32,000 bases of DNA from Candidatus Methylomirabilis sp. (GTDB taxonomy: Bacteria > Methylomirabilota > Methylomirabilia > Methylomirabilales > Methylomirabilaceae): positions 28,337-60,336 of the forward strand of contig NZ_JAQUOY010000011.1 of the NCBI RefSeq assembly GCF_028716865.1, given 5' to 3'. Below the pieces are notes generated by a model. It was not told where the DNA came from. It did not search any database and saw only the letters and a program-made list of their open reading frames with translations. Below are positions 31,359-32,000 of the stretch, piece after piece. Within the stretch, counting starts at the first letter, position 1, and every line of letters begins with the position of its first letter. A program made the position numbers and the translations under genes.

Positions 31359-32000
31359 CTACTGGTCTTCGTACTTGGCTTTCAACTCGGCCACCACATT
31401 GGCGTCTGCCAGCGTGGTGGTATCGCCCAGCGCCCGGCCTTCGGCAATATCACGCAGCAGGCGGCGCATGATCTTGCCGCTGCGGGTTTTGGGCAGCTCG
31501 GCCGTAAAGATCAGGTCGTCCGGCCTGGCGAAGGCGCCGATCTTCTTGACGACATGCGCCTTGATCTCCGCCTGAAGCTCTGGGGTGGGTTTAGTGCCGT
31601 CCCGGATGGTTACAAAGGCGGCGACAGCCTGCCCCTTGATCTCGTGGGTGCGACCGATGACGGCTGCTTCAGCCACGCACGGGTGATCCACGAGGGCCGA
31701 TTCCACCTCCACCGTCGAGACACGATGTCCCGACACGTTCATCACGTCATCGACGCGACCCAGCAGCCAGAAATCGCCATCCTTGTCCCGACTGGCTCCG
31801 TCACCGGTGAAGTAGATACCTTTATAATTCGACCAGTACTGCTTGACGTAGCGGTCAGGGTCGCCCCAGATCCCGCGGAGCATACCGGGCCAGGGCTGAC
31901 GTAGTACGAGGTATCCGGTCGTGGCTGGTCTGCCGTTCTCATCGACGACCTCCGCGTCGATTCCCGGGAAGGGCTTGGCAGCCGAGCCGGGCTTGAGCGT
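31359..32000 (-). CDS. acs: Acetyl-CoA synthetase (AMP-forming), C-terminal part; the gene continues beyond the window
   Basis: The frame is open to the right edge: ...TLKPGSAAKPFPGIDAEVVDENG...WPGMLRGIWGDPDRYVKQYW...TGDGASRDKDGDFWLLGRVDDVMNVSGHRVSTVEVESAL...LPKTRSGKIMRRLLR. These are canonical Acs C-terminal motifs, including the catalytic-Lys region SGKIMRR. Confidence 0.92.
   Translation of the reverse strand, partial: TLKPGSAAKPFPGIDAEVVDENGRPATTGYLVLRQPWPGMLRGIWGDPDRYVKQYWSNYKGIYFTGDGASRDKDGDFWLLGRVDDVMNVSGHRVSTVEVESALVDHPCVAEAAVIGRTHEIKGQAVAAFVTIRDGTKPTPELQAEIKAHVVKKIGAFARPDDLIFTAELPKTRSGKIMRRLLRDIAEGRALGDTTTLADANVVAELKAKYEDQ

Noticed and set aside
1-32000. CRISPR arrays, rRNA, tRNA, integrase/att sites, toxin-antitoxin or other defence-system signatures
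   Set aside because: I scanned by eye for regularly spaced repeats, tRNA T-loop motifs and typical defence-domain motifs in the ORF track. I found none. This is a visual scan, not an exhaustive computation.

Overview
This 32-kb window comes from a GC-rich diderm bacterium (roughly 60% G+C by eye). Nearly all of it encodes cell-envelope glycan and lipid biogenesis. I saw no rRNA, tRNA or CRISPR array.

(1) Positions 1 to about 4660 form a sharply AT-rich island, about one-third G+C by eye. It carries two GT2 glycosyltransferases, a eukaryotic-type UDP-galactopyranose mutase, and a GC-rich, stop-interrupted IS256/Mutator transposase relic.

(2) The island abuts the 3' end of a minus-strand operon for an ABC-transporter-dependent polysaccharide. 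The operon order is wzm, wzt (with a C-terminal carbohydrate-binding domain), GNAT, PIG-L deacetylase, then a GT4 with a coiled-coil tail.

(3) A PhyH-type Fe/2OG oxygenase fused to SCP2 is transcribed divergently from wzm. It sits behind a near-consensus promoter embedded in tandem and inverted repeats.

(4) Next come a SAM methyltransferase and a GT39/PMT_2-like GT-C enzyme.

(5) A block of exported proteins of unknown function follows. It holds a signal-peptide protein, a Ser/Thr/Ala/Gly-rich secreted protein with strong expression signals, an NTF2-like lipoprotein coupled to a Tat-signal protein, and a lipoprotein with eight Asp-box (BNR) repeats.

(6) My best candidate for an undescribed system is a mirror-image pair of two-gene cassettes at 20303-26157. 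Each cassette pairs a TMTC/PMT-like GT-C membrane domain carrying a TPR array with a polyprenyl-phosphate-sugar GT2. A further GT4 lies alongside.

(7) A YdbH-like AsmA-family bridge protein is followed by a lipoprotein that looks like a YnbE-YdbL fusion.

(8) The 3' end of acetyl-CoA synthetase runs off the right edge.

All functional calls rest on motifs I recognised by eye in the supplied translations. No searches were run.
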